A stretch of DNA of 64,000 nucleotides from the NCBI GenBank assembly GCA_963663965.2, contig CAXXFK010000001.1, positions 192,001 through 256,000 of the forward strand. The letters run 5' to 3'. Of this stretch, positions 61,256-64,000 are shown piece by piece; the stretch's first letter is position 1; the number at the start of each line of letters is the position of its first letter. Source of the DNA: Sedimentisphaerales bacterium. Lineage in GTDB: Bacteria; Planctomycetota; Phycisphaerae; Sedimentisphaerales; SM23-30. A program made the translations under genes and the position numbers. The notes under the pieces were generated by a model. The model worked only from the letters and a program-made list of their open reading frames with translations. It did no database searches and was not told the DNA's origin.

Positions 61256-62521
61256 ATGACATCCAACGAAAATGTATGCCAAATTGTATCAGACCTTATC
61301 GATCTTAAGGACCGGGCGCTGGCCGCTACGGATGAAGGGATTACCATATCCGATCCGAGCCAACCGGATAATCCAATTATTTTTGCCAATCGCGGTTTTG
61401 AATTGATCACTGGATATAGCATTGATGAGATACTGGGGCAGAATTGCCGTTTTCTTCAGGGGCCAGAAACAGATCACGCCACCAGCGACCTGATTCGTGA
61501 CGCACTAAAAAATGAAGTTCATTGTACCGTTGAAATTCTTAATTATCGCAAGGACGGCACCCCGTTCTGGAATCGCCTGTCAATTAATCCTGTCCGTGAC
61601 CAAACGGGAAATACGACTCATTTCATCGGGATTCTATCTGATGTCACTCGCCGGCGCCTGGCTGAAGAGGCTCTCCAACAAACTAATGAGCAACTTCAAC
61701 TGGCTAATCAGCAGATGAAAGAGGATCTACACCTGGCTGCCCAGGTCCAGCAAACCCTGCTACCGGACAAACTACCGGTTGACAGCCGTATCCGTTTCGA
61801 CTGGCGTTTTTTGCCCTGTCGCGAACTGGCCGGTGACATACTGAATATCATTCAACTCGATTCCGATCATATTGCATTTTACGTCCTCGACGTCGCCGGT
61901 CATGGCGTTTCCGCCGCCCTTCTATCTTTTACGCTCAGTAACTATCTTAATGGTAATCCCGACGATTCCTGTTTATATTATCCCGATCCCAGCGGTTGCG
62001 ACTATCTGATCTGTTCTCCCAAACAGGTGGTTGAGCGCCTGAACCGCAATTTTCCCATGAATATGCGCACGGGACAGTATTTTACTATTGTATATGGTTT
62101 GATTAATCTAAATAACCAGACCCTGCAGATCGTTTCCGCCGGTCATCCGTGTGGCATTATGATCAAGCATAACCGCCCTGCCGAACTTCTTTCAATCTAT
62201 GGTTATCCTCCCGGAATTGTGCCTGACGCAGAATACGAGCAGACAGAAATACTGCTGACACCAGGCGATCGATTTTATTTTTACACGGATGGCGTTACCG
62301 AGGCCATCAATCACCAGAACGAACCATTTGGCATTAATCAATTGCTCGGCGTACTAAACCAGTCCCAACCGCAATTCCTGGATAAAATCATGAATCAGGT
62401 GATTACGAAAGTACAAAACTGGTCAAAAGGCCATCATCCCTCTGATGATATTTCCATAATCGCCTTTGAATACCAGCCGGACAACTTCAATTTTTCCGAG
62501 CAGGGTATGTATTATGTCTAA
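61256..62521 (+). CDS. LOV(PAS)-coiled coil-PP2C (SpoIIE/RsbU-type) phosphatase
   Basis: GQNCRFLQG, NYRKDG..FWN; PP2C motifs GD, DVAGHG, AGHP, TDGVTE, DDI. Confidence 0.92.
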   Translation: MTSNENVCQIVSDLIDLKDRALAATDEGITISDPSQPDNPIIFANRGFELITGYSIDEILGQNCRFLQGPETDHATSDLIRDALKNEVHCTVEILNYRKDGTPFWNRLSINPVRDQTGNTTHFIGILSDVTRRRLAEEALQQTNEQLQLANQQMKEDLHLAAQVQQTLLPDKLPVDSRIRFDWRFLPCRELAGDILNIIQLDSDHIAFYVLDVAGHGVSAALLSFTLSNYLNGNPDDSCLYYPDPSGCDYLICSPKQVVERLNRNFPMNMRTGQYFTIVYGLINLNNQTLQIVSAGHPCGIMIKHNRPAELLSIYGYPPGIVPDAEYEQTEILLTPGDRFYFYTDGVTEAINHQNEPFGINQLLGVLNQSQPQFLDKIMNQVITKVQNWSKGHHPSDDISIIAFEYQPDNFNFSEQGMYYV

Positions 62522-62538
62522 ATCTACTAATCATATCT

Positions 62539-63573
62539 TCATGGATGCCGGGCATAATTGCCGGTAATTCGGTGTACCAGTAAATCGTTGAAACCATTCA
62601 AATCCTTCCAGGCGGTTGCGACATTCATCTGTTTGGCGTTGGGATCGATTCGGGTATAACCTTCATTATCGACCCGGATACCGATGGTTTCCATCTGGCA
62701 GGCCTGTTCATTGAAAACCAGATAAACCGCCACGGTATCAAACAAAATACTACTTTGAGTCTCAGCCACTTTGGGATCCTGGGCCCAGACACGATAGTTC
62801 TCAATTATCGCCCGGGCTACCGGATGCAAAGAGTCCTGAACCTCGCGATAAAGGTTGCCTTTTAATTGCACCAGTCCACAGGTATCCAGAGGCGTGATCG
62901 TCACCGGCCAAGCCGCGCTTAAGGCAGCCTGACAAGCCGTCACATCAGCCCGCACATTATATTCGGCCGAAATCTCTTTACTGCCACCATATCCCAGCCG
63001 CACACTGCCATGCATCCCGACAAAACGCACCCTGGTCGCAATGCGAGGCTCGCGTTTCAGAGCCTCTTGAATATTGGGCAGCGGCCCCACACACAACAGG
63101 GTCATCTGTTCTTCAGAGGCCATAATCATATCGATCATTGCCTGCACACCATCATTATAAATCTTACCTGGATAGCTTTCCAAGTCATAATCCCCAATCC
63201 ATTTCGATTGCCGGCCTTTTTTGTCCACCCGCTCCCCCACACCAATGCCGACAGGAATATCGGCGTGCCCCATTCGTTCCAGCAATTTAGCCAGCAGTTT
63301 GGCGCGATATAAACAATTCTGTTTGTCGCCAACAACCAGTTTTGCCTCGATTTCCGGACACATCAACATGAAACCCAGCGCCCAGGTATCATCGATATCA
63401 TCCCCAATATCCGTATCGAATATGACCGGTATTTTTTTGACAACTATCGACCTCTGAGAGTCAGAAACAGGCGATGCATTCACTGCGGATAGTTGAATAG
63501 TCAGATGACCAGTCAACCACATAAAAGCCACCATTGATATCCAATAACGCGTACCGGTGCGATCGATTTTCAT
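62539..63573 (-). CDS. nucleoside hydrolase-family protein with N-terminal signal-like segment
   Basis: DTDIGDDIDD, GPLPN, EYNV, PLD motifs. Confidence 0.88.
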   Translation of the reverse strand: MKIDRTGTRYWISMVAFMWLTGHLTIQLSAVNASPVSDSQRSIVVKKIPVIFDTDIGDDIDDTWALGFMLMCPEIEAKLVVGDKQNCLYRAKLLAKLLERMGHADIPVGIGVGERVDKKGRQSKWIGDYDLESYPGKIYNDGVQAMIDMIMASEEQMTLLCVGPLPNIQEALKREPRIATRVRFVGMHGSVRLGYGGSKEISAEYNVRADVTACQAALSAAWPVTITPLDTCGLVQLKGNLYREVQDSLHPVARAIIENYRVWAQDPKVAETQSSILFDTVAVYLVFNEQACQMETIGIRVDNEGYTRIDPNAKQMNVATAWKDLNGFNDLLVHRITGNYARHP

Positions 63574-63620
63574 TCAAACATCCTTTCCAAAAGCCAAGTC
63601 GTCTGTTTGCATAAATCCAG

Positions 63621-64000
63621 CTAATAATGCCGATTCACAATATTCTTTAACCGCTCCAGCCTGGCGAGTTCTTCTTTTCGTTGTTTCCTTATACTGATCA
63701 TCAGAAATACACTTGACAATGCTCCGGCCAAAGGAATGGCGCCTAAAATCAGAACATCAAGCAATTCTTCCCCCCCCCAATGGTCCTCCTGCGGCTCGCT
63801 AACATTCAGGGATAACCCGCTGGTTTGAGGCAAGGTCAATTCTTCATCAAAATAGTAATCTGGAATTAAGTCATGTGGGAAATAGCTGAATGGATATTGG
63901 TTTTCCGATAACCAAGGATAACGGGGATAATTCATTTCTGAATCGATATTACCAACTGCGCCTGTAATCAACAGGCCTAACAGAATTGGCCAATATCTTA
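63621..64000 (-). CDS. hypothetical membrane protein, partial (5' end beyond the window)
   Basis: Frame is open to the window edge; C-terminal TM helix plus basic tail. Confidence 0.6.
   Translation of the reverse strand, partial: RYWPILLGLLITGAVGNIDSEMNYPRYPWLSENQYPFSYFPHDLIPDYYFDEELTLPQTSGLSLNVSEPQEDHWGGEELLDVLILGAIPLAGALSSVFLMISIRKQRKEELARLERLKNIVNRHY

Overview
This 64-kb bacterial window is most consistent with an anaerobic planctomycete (Phycisphaerae/Sedimentisphaerales-like). That assignment is inferred from secreted GLUG, CARDB, LamG and FGE-sulfatase proteins, several with dockerin-like 'D..D..VD..D.....WL' motifs. From left to right it holds: a 1.3-kaa GLUG-repeat protein; proA-proB; small membrane proteins; an XRE-cupin regulator; a HEAT-repeat gene; an FGE/CARDB/FGE surface-protein cassette; a five-gene cluster of two B12 radical SAMs, two GNAT-like proteins and a GH3 ligase; a lectin/LamG protein; a REP-flanked GH29 fucosidase; a surface-glycan modification locus; an 18-gene Mrp-coupled group-4 [NiFe]-hydrogenase operon with an AsrAB/HydBG-like NAD(P)H module; a histidine kinase in frame with a CoA-disulfide reductase-rhodanese; a RAYT/IS200-like Y1 transposase; a LOV-PP2C phosphatase; and a nucleoside hydrolase. 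The most striking unexplained structure is non-coding. A 55-bp composite site (AAACGAACCCAA-N17-ATAAC-N15-AACTTA) occurs five times with invariant internal spacing. Three copies lie exactly 189 bp apart, downstream of a perfect TTGACA-17-TATAAT promoter and an rRNA-type boxA. A second repeat family reuses the same N15 palindrome, and local GC-skew polarity follows the orientation of these repeats. Several genes carry +1 homopolymer frameshifts that look like long-read errors, so apparent pseudogenes and the kinase fusion need read-level checks. No rRNA, tRNA, CRISPR array or reverse transcriptase was seen.
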